A stretch of 63,937 nucleotides of DNA, counting the filler, from Octopus bimaculoides (taxonomy: Eukaryota), in NCBI RefSeq assembly GCF_001194135.2. It is 5 parts of 5 records of this genome, joined end to end, with 100 filler letters (N's around TTAATTAATTAA, not from the genome) between each part and the next. Parts side by side here need not be neighbours in the genome. Positions count along the whole stretch, not along the records: positions 22,459 to 50,757 come from NC_068986.1; positions 50,858 to 59,989 come from NC_068987.1; 3 more parts are not named here. One strand, 5' to 3'. Position numbers and translations under genes: made by a program. Below the pieces are notes generated by a model that saw only the letters and a list, made by a program, of their open reading frames with translations, was not told where the DNA came from and made no database searches. Position 1 is the first letter of the stretch; the number at the start of each line of letters is the position of its first letter. Shown here piece after piece: positions 40,451 to 54,315 of this stretch.

Positions 40451-40576
40451 GACATTAAGTGAGGGGAAGGTTAAAACAGATGTTACAATTTGTATGGGAG
40501 ATTATATAAAAATGTGCAAAGCAAAAAGGGTGACATGGAGACATGAGATGAATAGGATGCATAGTATACAAAACAT
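40451..40576 (+). CDS. Coding exon (TLSEGKVKTDVTICMGDYIKMCKAKRVTWRHEMNRMHSIQN), phase 2-2
   Basis: Strong acceptor TTTTATTTTCTATAG, donor CAT|GTAAGT, 126 nt with 41 open codons. Confidence 0.82.
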
Positions 40577-41339
40577 GTAAGTATATGAGTCATATACTCC
40601 TTCTGATACAGGAGATGATCAAAGAACTCTACAAGATCACTCTAACCACTAAGTACGCATGCCTTCATCCAGCTTAACAGCTCTTAGGAAACACTCACAT
40701 TCTGTATGTTTGTTTGTGTGTGTGTAATTGCATATGTGTATGTATATAGATATGTATGTTTATTTGTGCATGGATAAGTAGGTAGGTAGGTTAGTACAAA
40801 TGAAAGAAGGGGAGAAGAGGTGGACAATTGGACAATTGAAAGGTGCAAGAGGTAGACAAAAATTAAAAAAATGGACAATCCACACATACAAAAAAAAAAA
40901 GAAATTAACATAAAAAGTTGTACTCAGTGAACTGTATTCTGCAAGAAAAGGAAATGGTAAAAAAGAATAAGCAAAGTAAAAGAAACAAGAACAGTTTTTG
41001 GTACCTGTATAATGCACCTGTGTACCTGTTCTTGCATTGCACCCCACCCGCAAGATGGACCAAACAAATAACTGGTATTAAAGACTACAGAGCTGACAGT
41101 CTGATGAAGTCAATTACTGGTAAAACTTTAAAATCTCCATCAATCTTTTCCCTGCAAAAATATATTTGATATTTTACTTGTACTGAGTGTCTTTCAGTTA
41201 TTTTTTGATTGTTTTTATGCATCATTTTGCATAGAACAAACATGATATGCTAATGTAGAAGGATTGGAATTATGAAGTACATTTTCCAATAGCCTAATAG
41301 GTCTGGAGCACAGATATACATGGTGGCATAATCAGGTAC

Positions 41340-41698
41340 TTAGACGTAGGGTTGAATCTGAAGGTAGATATTTTTATATTGGTTCTACCAAGAATTTTGT
41401 AAAGCATAGAATCACAAACCATGAATTCACATTTAAGAATAAGAATAAATTAAATAGTACCAGTCTAAGCAAATTTATTTGGAAGCGAAAAGAGTATAAA
41501 GAGTATAAGGAGTATAAACTTAAGTGGGAAATTATTAGTCATGCTAAACCCTATAATATTGGTAAAAGACACTGTAACATATGCATTGATAAAATTTAAC
41601 AAATTTTGACTTCGAAACTTAAACTTCTTAATAACCAACGAGAATCTGTTTTATCCTGTAAACATTCCTCTAAATATGTATTTCGAAAGTACAATTAA
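41340..41698 (+). mobile_element. Penelope-like element GIY-YIG endonuclease remnant (Naiad-type)
   Basis: FYIGSTKNFVKHRITNHEFTFKNKNKLNSTSLSKFIW..LKWEIISHAKPY..HCNICIDKI*..LLNNQRESVLSCKH; one internal stop; no ATG, so absent from the ORF track. Confidence 0.85.
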
Positions 41699-42627
41699 AT
41701 TAAATAAAATATAACTTAGTATTATTCAATAAAATTCGATAAATAAATAGAGTATATTATATTATATTAAGTTAGATTGAACGTTATGATAGTACATGTC
41801 TTTTAATCTATAAACAAAATAGAGGTCTAACAATAACAACACAATTTTTGATTATGTAAAACACAAATTCTTTATATTAAATACCCAACCTGATTATGTG
41901 ATACACATTATAATACACCCCAGATTAATATAGATTAAATGGATAAAATAATTTCAAATAACTATTAAGACTAAATTGTAAGTTCAAATTAATAATAATA
42001 TCTATTGTTTCATATCCATGAATTTAATAATTAATTAATAATTAATAATAATTAATAATATTTATTAATTGACAATCTTACTGGTAAGCATATTAGATAT
42101 TAATGTATATCCAACTTTAATGGTTCCTTTATTTGAAATAATACACACAGGTAACATATTATCTTTATTTTAAAATACTAATGCACACAAGCATAAATAA
42201 ATAAACAAATTCATCTATTCTTTCAAACATGCACACATACACACACACAAATTAGTAAAATCTATAGACATATGCATCTCTAATGGCTATATTGTTTTAT
42301 TCATTTTTATTTGTGTTTTGTTTTATTTATTGTTATTCATATTTTATTTTGCTTTATTTTATATTCTTATATAAACATATCTTCATTTATTCAGTCTGTT
42401 TCAAAATCTTAACCTAACAACATGCAATCCTTTTATGTCAATTAGCCCTGTAGAAATTTTAATCATATCATATTCTAAATGCAAATTTTATTTTATTTTA
42501 TTAATAAATTTGTAATTAGAACTGAGTAAAATTGAAACAATTGTAGGCATTTTTAATCAACTGTGTTAATAAATTAATTTATATCTATATACTCTACATT
42601 TTCTTCATGTTTACTATATATATATAT

Positions 42628-42788
42628 AGGTACAACTATGGCTGTGTGGTAAGAAGTTTTCTTCTAAACCACATAGTTCTGGTTTCAACCTCACTGCATG
42701 GCACCTTGAGCAAGTGTCTTCTATTATGGCCCCAGGTTGACCAAAGCCTTGTAAGTAGATTTCTGATGGAAACTGAAAAAAGCCCATC

Positions 42789-42821
<33 letters not shown>

Positions 42822-43065
42822 TGTATGTATGTATGTATGTACGTACGTATGTATATATGTATGTATGTATGTGTATTTATCCCCACTACAGCTGGTGTTG
42901 GTTTGTATGTGTACCTGTAAACTAGTGGTTCAGCAAAAGGATCAATATAATAAGTTCCAGGTTTTAAGAAATTAAGTACTAGAGTCAATTCATTTGACTA
43001 AAACCCTTCAGGGCAGTGCCCCAGCATGGTCACAGTCCAATGACTAAAACAAGTAAAAGATAAAA
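42628..43065 (+). mobile_element. SINE family A with internal (TATG)n, CpG-decayed
   Basis: Collinear with the 10598 copy; CG sites read TG or CA. Confidence 0.88.
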
Positions 43066-43088
43066 GATATTTGGGTGCGTAGATAGAT

Positions 43089-43213
<125 letters not shown>

Positions 43214-43864
43214 TATGGGGATGGGTATAGATAGTATAGCTGGGAAGTCATTTACACAGTTTCTCACCACACTGAATCATGGATTCTACAACACAATAAA
43301 CTGGGCTGTAGCATCAAAATGCCTATGCATACTGGACATTAAGAGAGAAAAAGGAGCAATATTACATAAAGTAAGTTGAGGAAGTAGTGGCAGTGGTAAA
43401 TAACAATATCAGAGAAATGAATTTAGAAACTAGGCTTGAGGCCAAATGTATTTAGAGAAGAATGAGGTTGAGCACAAAACACTTCCAAATTGGTTTAGAA
43501 GTGGTATTGGAGATGGTTGTGTGAGTGGCAGAGGATAAGAGGAATAGACAGTTCATTTAGAATAACAAGATTGTTCATGAGAATAAATTACGACGAAACT
43601 GAAATAAAAATAGATGTGTACCTGTAATGCTTACAACGGTCCTCCATCTGTGATCATAAAAATTATAGCAGTGTGTAGTGTAAGGGTATTATATTGTTAT
43701 TTAATAAATCTGTGTTATATCTAATAATATAGACAGGATAGCTTCTATCAAAATGTAATATCCTGCTATAAAGAAAAAAAAAAATGTCGTTCAGTACTAA
43801 GCTGATATATATTTTTATAAAGAATATTATATAGTTTTATTGTATATTTTTGTTTAATCTTATA

Positions 43865-43895
<31 letters not shown>

Positions 43896-44022
43896 CTTTC
43901 TATCTGTCAGCCTGTCTATCTATCTATCTGTCAGCCTGTCTATCTATCTATCTATCTGTCAGCCTGTCTATCTATCTATCTATCTATCTATCTNNNNNNN
44001 NNNCTGTCTACCTGTCTACCTG

Positions 44023-44066
<44 letters not shown>

Positions 44067-44539
44067 CCTGTCTGTTTGTCTGTCTGTCTATGTGTGTGCA
44101 TGTGTGTATTTTGATCTACAAACAAGAGAAAAATGTATTTAATACATGTGGTAGAATTTACTAATTTATTCAAAGCTATCCTGTATTGCTACATGCATTT
44201 CCTGTTCTTGTTGTACATACACAACCCTCTCACCACATGTATATGTGCACACACACTTACACTCATAAACACACAAACACGCATGCATGTGCGCACACTC
44301 ATACACGCACACACACAAAATCTTAACAAAATGTTTGGAAACTTCTATTACAAGTGATTAAACAATAACTAACCTATGATGAGGTATGTACAAAGTAATA
44401 TAATTAACCTATCTCAAGAATGAGCCATTTTTCTAAACTTTAAAAATGTTGTGTTCCCAGATGAATGTATCTCTCACTTCTGTGCATTCATCTATCTTTA
44501 CTTTTCACCATCCACTATTCCTGAAAGATTCATTGGGGT

Positions 44540-44800
44540 AGAATTCTCAGGCACCTCTGATTCCTAAACATGACCAATTGAGACTATTGACATTGTCCAA
44601 CCACCTCACTCTTGGTCTGTCCTTAGGTCTCCTACTGGTTGGCTTGGTTTGAAGAGAATCTGTCATGTGATTCATTTCTATGTTTTCTAACCATATGTCC
44701 ATTGTACTGAAGCTGTGATCCCTCAATGCAGAGAAGTAGCAGCTCAATCTGGGGAGATTCCTTGATTTCTGAGCTTTGTACTCTGTTGAGTAATGTTCTT
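44540..44800 (-). mobile_element. RTE LINE ORF2 C-terminal fragment
   Basis: LQTKPTSRRPKDRPRVRWLDNVNSLNWSCLGI matches the RTE G.RP.GRPR.RW.D motif. Confidence 0.8.
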
Positions 44801-46248
44801 CCAGTGACCTTGTCACAATAAAATCACCAGGAAGGAGAATCACATTTGTGAATCAAGTTTGGGAGGTTTGAAATGACTCCAGTACACGACTAGTAATAAT
44901 TCATTTTATCGACCCTGAAAGGATGAAAAGCAAAGTGAACCACAATAGGATAAGTGCTCTGAACATAAAAGGACATGCTTCAAAGCATGTCCTTTTCAAA
45001 AAAACTACATGCTTCAAAGCATTTTGTTACCTCAAAATAGATCTTTTATCCATTGCTTCAGTCATTGAACAATAACCATACTGGGGAGCTGCCTTGAAAG
45101 GTTTAGTTGAATAAATTGACGCCAGTACTAATTTTCTCAATGTCTGATACTTATCCTTTGAGTCTCTTTTGTTGGACTACAAAGTTACGGGGACATAAAC
45201 AAACCAAGACTTTTTGTCAAGTGAAGGTGGCGTGGGTACAAATATAAACACAAAGGCAAAAGAATATAACACACACACACACTCCGAAATTGCAAAGATA
45301 ATCTGGATCTCGACTGAAGAGAGAAAACTCCAAATGACCTGTCCATGTTTTCTTTGTATCGTCTATCTGAATGTTTTGTCTCCTTCTTGTATCACCTAAC
45401 TGTCTTGATGTTTTGCGTTCTTGTCCTATTCTGTATTATATAAATATATATATATNNNNNNNNNNNNNNNNNNNNNNNNNNNNNNNNNNNNNNNNNNNNN
45501 NNNNNNNNNNNNNNNNNNNNNNNNNNNNNNNNNNNNNNNNNNNNNNNNNNNNNNNNNNNNNNNNNNNNNNNNNNNNNNNNNNNNNNNNNNNNNNNNNNNN
45601 NNNNNNNNNNNNNNNNNNNNNNNNNNNNNNNNNNNNNNNNNNNNNNNNNNNNNNNNNTTTTTATTATAAATTAAAAAAAAAAAACATCAACACACACACA
45701 CACACAATATATATACAAACACAAACACATATATATTTATACATCTCTTAAAATCAGTTCAAATATGTTTGAGAGCTATTTGAGCCTGTAAAATCTTTTC
45801 AATGTAGTTTATTATGAAGAAAAAGTTTTTCACTTAAGAAAAAAAGATATTAAAAGACCATAGTCAACTCAGAGCGCTCTGATTGGACTGATGAATGCAT
45901 ATCAAACTCATTAAACCCATTTACTAAATACCAACAGAGGCAACTCTGAGCTAACTAGAAAGCTTTGTTTACTGTGATTCGATCAATATTCTTTTCTACT
46001 CTAGGCACAAGACCCGAAATTTTGGGGGAGGGGCCAGTCAATTAGATTGACTCCAGTACGCAACTGGTACTTAATTTATCGACCTGAAAGGATGAAAGGC
46101 AAAGTCAACCTCAACGGAATTTAAACTCAGAACATAAAGGTAGACGAAATACTGCTAAGCATTTTGCCCGGTGTGCTAGAATTTCTGCCAGCTCGCCGCC
46201 TTGTGAATCAGTTAAAATTAATGACCAATAATGCATTTTGTTTGCCAG

Positions 46249-46306
46249 GCAAGAGCATATTCGTGAGTTGGTGCACAAAGCAGTGATGGAAAGAATAAAA
46301 ACTTAA
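46249..46306 (+). CDS. Terminal coding exon (MQEHIRELVHKAVMERIKT*)
   Basis: Acceptor TTTTGTTTGCCAG; AT from the previous exon plus G gives ATG; 18 codons then TAA at 46304-46306. Confidence 0.78.
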
Positions 46307-47428
46307 GACCAGTTCAAATATTTCCAAGAGATATTTGAACCTGGGAGCAAACTTCTATAATCTCTAGTTGTGGGGTCTATAAAATCTGTCTTAAGTCAAG
46401 CATAACTAAAATGATGATTGAATAATGATATCATATATCTGCATGTCATGTGCTGAACCAATGAATTGTTCCTTCAGTATCTAAATTGATAACATGTATA
46501 TCATTGATCTATTCATTTGGTCAAGCAGAGATAAGTAAAACAATTCAACAATAACATTAATGATCCTGACTGAGTAAACAGTTTTTGCTATTTACCTCAA
46601 ACTTAAGATGAAATTGGAACAAAGTTGTATTGTTTGCTTCTTGCATGAAAAATCCTCCTAACACAGTTTGTGTATAAAGATCATTAATTATGCTTCTTAA
46701 ACCTTTGGAAAGGTTCATAAAATTTCTAGTGAACATTCATAAGCCTGATTATATTCCATTCCTTCCTATTCCCTTCTCATTTAAATCACAGAGTTGTTTT
46801 ATAACATGGAACAAGTCAGACGGTTACAAGAAAATAAGAATCTTCTTTTCTCATTAATCATGTAATATGTCAAGAGTTTGAAATAAGGATTATCATATTG
46901 TTGTGGTAATGTCCCCCACAGGATGTAATTTAGAGATTAAGAGGGGATAGTTCTAATCCTTATGACTGCAGTATCATAATCTTCAAATAGAGTCATTCTT
47001 TCAGCGTGCAGGCTTTGACATTATTTTAGTTTGTTTGACTGGATAATTTAGACTTGTTTTCTCTTGCAAATGTTGAGCAGCAGGAAATAAAATGTAAATG
47101 AGTTTGTCAATACCCAATTGAAAATAAAATATAATGGACATTAACATTTGCTTAAAACATTTGAAATGCTTGAAATCAATAATTATTTGAAGCAAATAGT
47201 TATTGAAAACTAAATTGGATGGTAGATTTAATCTATTGCCTGGTTTAACATTCCCACCTAGACCTTGGGTGAGTTCACCAGGGCCCACTTTGTGCCAAGT
47301 ATTCAGGCCAAGCCTCCAGTCTGATGATAGCTTTCCCTTTTCTGCCCACTGGTACCTAGGCCATGAAAAGAGTCAATGGTGCTGCCCTTCCTAATTTGAC
47401 CAATCCATAAAGAAAACGAATAAAATAG

Positions 47429-47459
<31 letters not shown>

Positions 47460-48461
47460 TTTTCCATGGTTTTACTTCTATAGATTGCATCTACAAATTA
47501 AAACATGAGCAAAATATTTAACCCTTTTGATACAATAATTTAAAAATGAGGATAGAAATTTAGAAATCAGATAATAACGATCATTTCAAAGTAGTATCAA
47601 TAGCGCTCAATTTGAAATAATGCGATCGATACTCGAAGTTATGTGTACTTATTGGAATAGAAATGAGCTTGTACGATCGTGAAGATTAAAGTTAAGGAAA
47701 TCCAATAGTATATGTATTTTTCTTTTCTCTATTGTCCNNNNNNNNNNNNNNNNNNNNNNNNNNNNNNNNNNNNNNNNNNNNNNNNNNNNNNNNNNNNNNN
47801 NNNNNNNNNNNNNNNNNNNNNNNNNNNNNNNNNNNNNNNNNNNNNNNNNNNNNNNNNNNNNNNNNNNNNNNNNNNNNNNNNNNNNNNNNNNNNNNNNNNN
47901 NNNNNNNNNNNNNNNNNNNNNNNNNNNNNNNNNNNNNNNNNNNNNNNNNNNNNNNNNNNNNNNNNNNNNNNNNNNNNNNNNNNNNNNNNNNNNNNNNNNN
48001 NNNNNNNNNNNNNNNNNNNNNNNNNNNNNNNNNNNNNNNNNNNNNNNNNNNNNNNNNNNNNNNNNNNNNNNNNNNNNNNNNNNNNNNNNNNNNNNNNNNN
48101 NNNNNNNNNNNNNNNNNNNNNNNNNNNNNNNNNNNNNNNNNNNNNNNNNNNNNNNNNNNNNNNNNNNNNNNNNNNNNNNNNNNNNNNNNNNNNNNNNNNN
48201 NNNNNNNNNNNNNNNNNNNNNNNNNNNNNNNNNNNNNNNNNNNNNNNNNNNNNNNNNNNNNNNNNNNNNNNNNNNNNNNNNNNNNNNNNNNNNNNNNNNN
48301 NNNNNNNNNNNNNNNNNNNNNNNNNNNNNNNNNNNNNNNNNNNNNNNNNNNNNNNNNNNNNNNNNNNNNNNNNNNNNNNNNNNNNNNNNNNNNNNNNNNN
48401 NNNNNNNNNNNNNNNNNNNNNNNNNNNNNNNNNNNNNNNNNNNNNNNNNNNNNNNNNNNNN

Positions 48462-48510
<49 letters not shown>

Positions 48511-49706
48511 GTTTCAGTAATGACTATCGCGTCGCTCACTCAAATATTGCAGCAAGTACATTATCCTTGCTTCCTCGTTGTCAATAACATTGCAGAGTTT
48601 CCGTCCTTGACCTTTCATGTGATTATTCAGTACCGTTGTGGATCCGCATGGTTTGGAGTACAGGAATCAGACGAGTGTATTGCAATTGTTTAGGTCTGCA
48701 CACGTTGCCTCTTTTCTTTTGCCATAGGACTTTCAGTAGATGAATTGAATGAATAAGGTCACCATAGACATCTTTATATCATTGCATTACAGTGCTGGGA
48801 TTCATTTATAACTGAATGAACTAGAGCCACGTGAAATGAAGTGTTTCACTCAAGAACACAACGTACCATCCCGTCCGGGAATCGGAGCCGTGACAGGATG
48901 AAACGATGTGAGCAGTAATCACCTAGAACCCAAAATCTTACATCAGAATGTCTATCTAGAAGAATGCTGTGAAAATAGCTGGGGGGGGGGGGTCCCCTCA
49001 TACTCGATGGGTTTTCTGTGCGGTCAAGGGTATTTCTGCGTCTCCATGCTCAGATGGATTGTTAACTCATAGCTGGGACCCTGACAAGTGCTACAACTCC
49101 GAGTCAGAGTAGATTTAGGAACAGTAGTGGCTATGAGATGGTTTGATACTCCTCAAAATCATAGAACTTCTGACCCAGAGACCCACAACTGGATGCAGTT
49201 TAAACTCATACTCAGGATATGCATGTACGCCTGTCTGCCTGCTTGTAGGCAGGCATACATACATACATACATGTATGTATGTATGTATGTATGTATGTAT
49301 GTATGTATGTATGTATGTATGTATGTATGTATGTATGTATGTATGAACTCAGTATTATTTCAAGATTTCTTGTCAACAGAGAAAAAGCCGGTTTTTAACC
49401 TAGATCCAAGGCTCCTTCATTGGATTTTTAACAATAGGTTAAGTTTTTTCTCATGTATGTATGTATATGTGCAATATTTGAAGTTAGTGCATGTGCAGAT
49501 TTGCATGCTTTATTATATGTATGCATTCTCATGCTTATAGCTGCATTTCTAGGCATGCTATATAAACNNNNNNNNNNNNNNNNNNNNNNNNNNNNNNNNN
49601 NNNNNNNNNNNNNNNNNNNNNNNNNNNNNNNNNNNNNNNNNNNNNNNNNNNNNNNNNNNNNNNNNNNNNNNNNNNNNNNNNNNNNNNNNNNNNNNNNNNN
49701 NNNNNN

Positions 49707-49785
<79 letters not shown>

Positions 49786-50264
49786 ATAAGTATGTATGTG
49801 CACACATGTGTCTGTCTGTCTATCTATCTATATATTGTATGGAAGTATAGAACTAGAATAGGACAGACAATATGGAACAGTGTTGTTGCTAACCTCAGCC
49901 CAAGAAATGCATCACTGAATTGTTGGCACAAGTCGTACAACAACCACCTCTCATCTCTGACCCTAGAATCCAAATAATCAAGAGTGTTTCTTTTTCCTAC
50001 ATCTGCTGAAACTTTCACCAATAAAGTTTTAAGTCAAATTATTAATACAAATATAGAGTGCTCCTTTTTTGTGTATGTATGTATGCATGCATACATACAT
50101 ACATACATACATATATATCTATATATATATATATGTATGTATGCTGGTATCTCTCTCTCTCTCTCTCTATCTATCTGTCTGTCTGTTTGTCTGTCTATTT
50201 ATCTATCTACATACATACATACATACACACACACACATACATTCTATATATATGTGTGTGTGTG

Positions 50265-50331
<67 letters not shown>

Positions 50332-51780
50332 GTATGTATGTATGTAAATGCAAGGATAAGTAAGCTAGACAGGTCAATATAGCCTGATACTACCACGTAC
50401 TTGCTTATCCCTACATTTGCTTGTCTACCCGCCCAAGTTTAAACCTCTTGAGCACTACTAAATCTATTCTCTACAGAGAATATTTTATTCTTATGTATGT
50501 ATGTATGTATGTATATATATATATACTTTTATTCTTTTACTTGTTTCAGTCATTTGACTGCAGCCATGCTGGAGCACCACATTTAGTCGAGCAAATGGAA
50601 CCCAGGACTTATTCTTTGTAAGCCTAGTACTTATTCTATAAGCCTCTTTTGTCGAACCGCTAAATTACCGGGGACGTATGCAACATATTTTGTTTGAATT
50701 TACTCCACACACACACATGCATACATTGGACAAAGTTATATATATATATATATATATNNNNNNNNNNNNNNNNNNNNNNNNNNNNNNNNNNNNNNNNNNN
50801 NTTAATTAATTAANNNNNNNNNNNNNNNNNNNNNNNNNNNNNNNNNNNNNNNNNNNNTATATATATATATATATATGTCACGATATTATCATGCTAAGTT
50901 CTCGGGTTGCAAATAGGTGCGTATTTGTATTTCTATTAGCATGTATTGCTTCATCGCTGACTCTATGCCTCCTTTAACTGGTGACGACCACCAAACTGCA
51001 GTGTAGCATTATATGCCCCTATTTATGCTGTTCACGAGGTCACAGTCCAAATTTAATCGTAACCTATTTCGGTCGCCTTTTGTGACACTCAGAAGAAACA
51101 TTTGGCGATCACATGCTACACACCTTCCTTCCAAGCACTGCTGTAAACAGCAGAAGTGAGCTAGAATTCTAAAATTACGTGCGCATGCACAGCAGAGTTG
51201 AAGGTCAATCTGCGCCAAGTGGTTCTATTCTACGTACTTTACCTTCATTTCTATGGCAACAGTCCGGATACTTATTGATCATAACTCGTATATACACGAC
51301 TAAACATGTGTGCGCATCTTAAATGGCATACCTTCTTTTATTTCAAATAATAATAAGAACTTACTTCGTAGTTTCGAATTCGGCAGCAGCATGCCACACG
51401 TGGTCATTTATACCAACAGCCACATACGTATATGGTGGAATAGAATGTAAGATGCAGGATAAATATCTGAGATGATTGTATAAACTAAAAAACTGGCTCT
51501 CTGTCGGTTATATGGAGTAGTGTTCCAATTGATCGTATCAAGGGATAGCTTGCTGGTGGAACTAATGTGCAAGTGGCTGAGGACTCCACGTACACGTGTA
51601 CCCTTAATGTAGTTCTGAGGAAAATATGACTTGGCTGCCTCTCTAAATTACTGTTACAACTCGGTTTTGCTAGTTGAGTGGAGCAACGTAAAATGAAACC
51701 ACTAGCTCAAGGAAACAACGCGCCGTCTCGAAGCGAACTCACAACTTTACAATCTTAAGCCGAATGCTCTAACCACTAAG

Positions 51781-51817
<37 letters not shown>

Positions 51818-51934
51818 AGATTTTCTGGGACAGTCTTTAACCATCTGCAACTGGTAAACAAATCAATTCTTACCATCTTACTCTATTTTGCATTAGTGGA
51901 TGTCACGCTCTAGTAAGTCCACCATCAGAGGGAA

Positions 51935-52240
51935 CCGTTTCCATGGCAGTAGGAAGAAAGTGTGTCGGCGCTTACGAGGAACTAATTACACATGTGAAGC
52001 GAATAATTTTTGGCCTCGTTGTCAAATGTTCATTTGCTGGAAATCTGGGAAGCGGATACGTTCAACACACCACCTGAGATCAAATAAGTACTTTCTCAAT
52101 ATTTTTAATGTCAGAAGAGAAGCTCATTATTTTAGCTTGAAGTAGCATTTAGAAAGGTCATCCTGAAATCTCGCATTTCCTCTTTCGATGCATTCCCAAC
52201 AAAGCGTGATTTTCGCGTATCCATTACAAGTGATAAATGA
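51935..52240 (-). pseudogene. Highly decayed mariner N-terminal half
   Basis: Scattered frameshifted motifs: W..ERG..F.DD, SSDIKNIEKV, NVSA, and ACTGCCATGGAAACG resembling TGDET. Confidence 0.4.
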
Positions 52241-53959
52241 AAACAATACCAAAAAACAAAATTAATATAATCAAATTTGCTACTTAAATCGTGTAGATTG
52301 TCATAGGTTGAATAACAAATACTTCGTTATCTTGTTATATTGGATTAATGATATTTATTATCAACGCTACATCCGGTTTCTGACACTGCTTAACTTCCCT
52401 TGTTTGCAGCTTATCTTTTTTACACCAGCAATCTTCTTTCCATACGGGCGTTTGCGTTGTCAGATAAATCCGTTCGGTTTTGTTTCCATTCGTTTTTATT
52501 CACGTCCTTTCAAATGTTATTCGGTTTCAAATTTTGACACAAAGCCAGCAATTTCAGGTTGGTNNNNNNNNNNNNNNNNNNNNNNNNNNNNNNNNNNNNN
52601 NNNNNNNNNNNNNNNNNNNNNNNNNNNNNNNNNNNNNNNNNNNNNNNNNNNNNNNNNNNNNNNNTCGATTCCGATGCTAAGGTGTTACTTTCTTTCTCGA
52701 CCCGGCAAAATTTGAACCCAATACGTAAGATCGGACGAAATGCTGCAAAATATTTTGTCCGACGTATTAATGATTCTGAAACTTCGCTGCCTTGCTACGA
52801 TCATGCTGGAGCACACCTTGAAGAAATTTTTGGCAGAAACGTTAGAATGCCGGGCGAAATGTTTAGCAGTGTTTAGTCTGTATTTACCTTATGAGTTCAA
52901 ATTCCGCCGAGGTCGACATTGCCTTTCATCCTTTCGGGGTCGATAAATTAAGTACCACTTGCGTACTGGGTCAATCTAATCGATTGGCCCCCTCCCCAAA
53001 AATTTCGGGCCTTGTGACTTGAGCAGAAAAGATTATTATTATTATTATTATTATTATTAATAATAATTAATTTATTAATTTATTTATTTTTGGAAGGCTG
53101 GTACTTATTCTATAGAACTCTTTTCCTAAACCGCCCAAGTTGTGGGCACGTAATCACACCACCACCGATTGTCAAGTGGTGGTGGGGACAAACACAGACA
53201 CAAAGACTCTCACACACACACACGCACACATATCCGACGGATTACATTCAGTTTCCTTTTGCAAAATCCTCTCACAAGGATTTGGTCAACGCGAGGCTAT
53301 TGTAGAAAATACTCGTCCAAGATGCAACACTGTGGAATTGAACTGAGAACCACGTGGCTGCAAAGCATGTTTCTTACCACACAAGGGGATATCTTACCGT
53401 ACGAACAACGCATACCCATTTTAACACAAATGTACTTTTTATTCCTGTTACAAAAATCACAACTGTTTTATTCCTTACACAAAATAATAATTAAAGGATG
53501 ACGAACACTGAACGATTGAAATGTTGGGCGAATTGAGCCTGTTACAGCCAAACTTTCTGTTCAAACCGTAGAGGTGTTTTGGAAAGTGCCTTGCGTTTAT
53601 CTTGTTTTCGAAACATGATTACGACTATAATGGCAAGTAATTATTCTTTCAAATTTTTGGCAGAAGGCCAGCAACTTTGAGGTGAGGGGAAGTCGATTAC
53701 AGCGACCCCAATGCTTAACTAGTCCATATTTCAGCAACTCCGAAAATATTAAAGGTAAAGTCTAAGTTGTTGGCATTTGAATTCAGAACGTAAAACCAGA
53801 AGAAATGTTTTTAAGGATTCTGTTCGGCTTACTAACTATTCTTTCAGCACGACGGCTTAATTCAAGGATTTATTTTAAAACGAGATTATTTAATGAAGGA
53901 AAATTTAAGAAAGTCACAATTTAACGTTTGCAATGAACATTTGAACTGCAAATTGTAAG

Positions 53960-54170
53960 CCTAAATCCTGATTCCCAAAACTAAACCTAAGCAAACCTTA
54001 AACCTAAAGCCAATCTTATAACTCTAAACCCTAATCCTAAAATCCTGATTCTGTACATTAACCCTTATCGTAAATCTAATACCCTAAGTGTGACACTAAA
54101 ACCCAACCCTAAAACCATGACCCTACTCTCTAACCCCAAAATTACCTGTAACCCCTAGCTAGGTTCAGTT
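53960..54170 (+). repeat. Degenerate CCCTAA/CCTAAA (telomere-like) array
   Basis: Many AACCCTAA, AACCTAA and AACCCTA variants. Confidence 0.6.
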
Positions 54171-54260
54171 GTTTGCTAGAGAAAAATAAATAATACTCTC
54201 TTGTGATCGGGGGCTGATCGTAGAGAACGGGTGGATCTCATTGACTTAAATTACAAAATG

Positions 54261-54315
<55 letters not shown>

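Noticed and set aside
45305-45345. Hammerhead-like CTGAAGAGAGAAAACTCCAAAT
   Set aside because: GAAA is absent and no stem I pairing is visible; at best a dead relic.
46540-46620. SECIS-like ATGA-N12-AAA in the 3'UTR
   Set aside because: No complementary 3' arm or properly placed GA quartet.
51937-51950. RFX X-box-like GTTTCCATGGCAGT
   Set aside because: Imperfect, and coincides with the decayed TGDET codons of a mariner relic.
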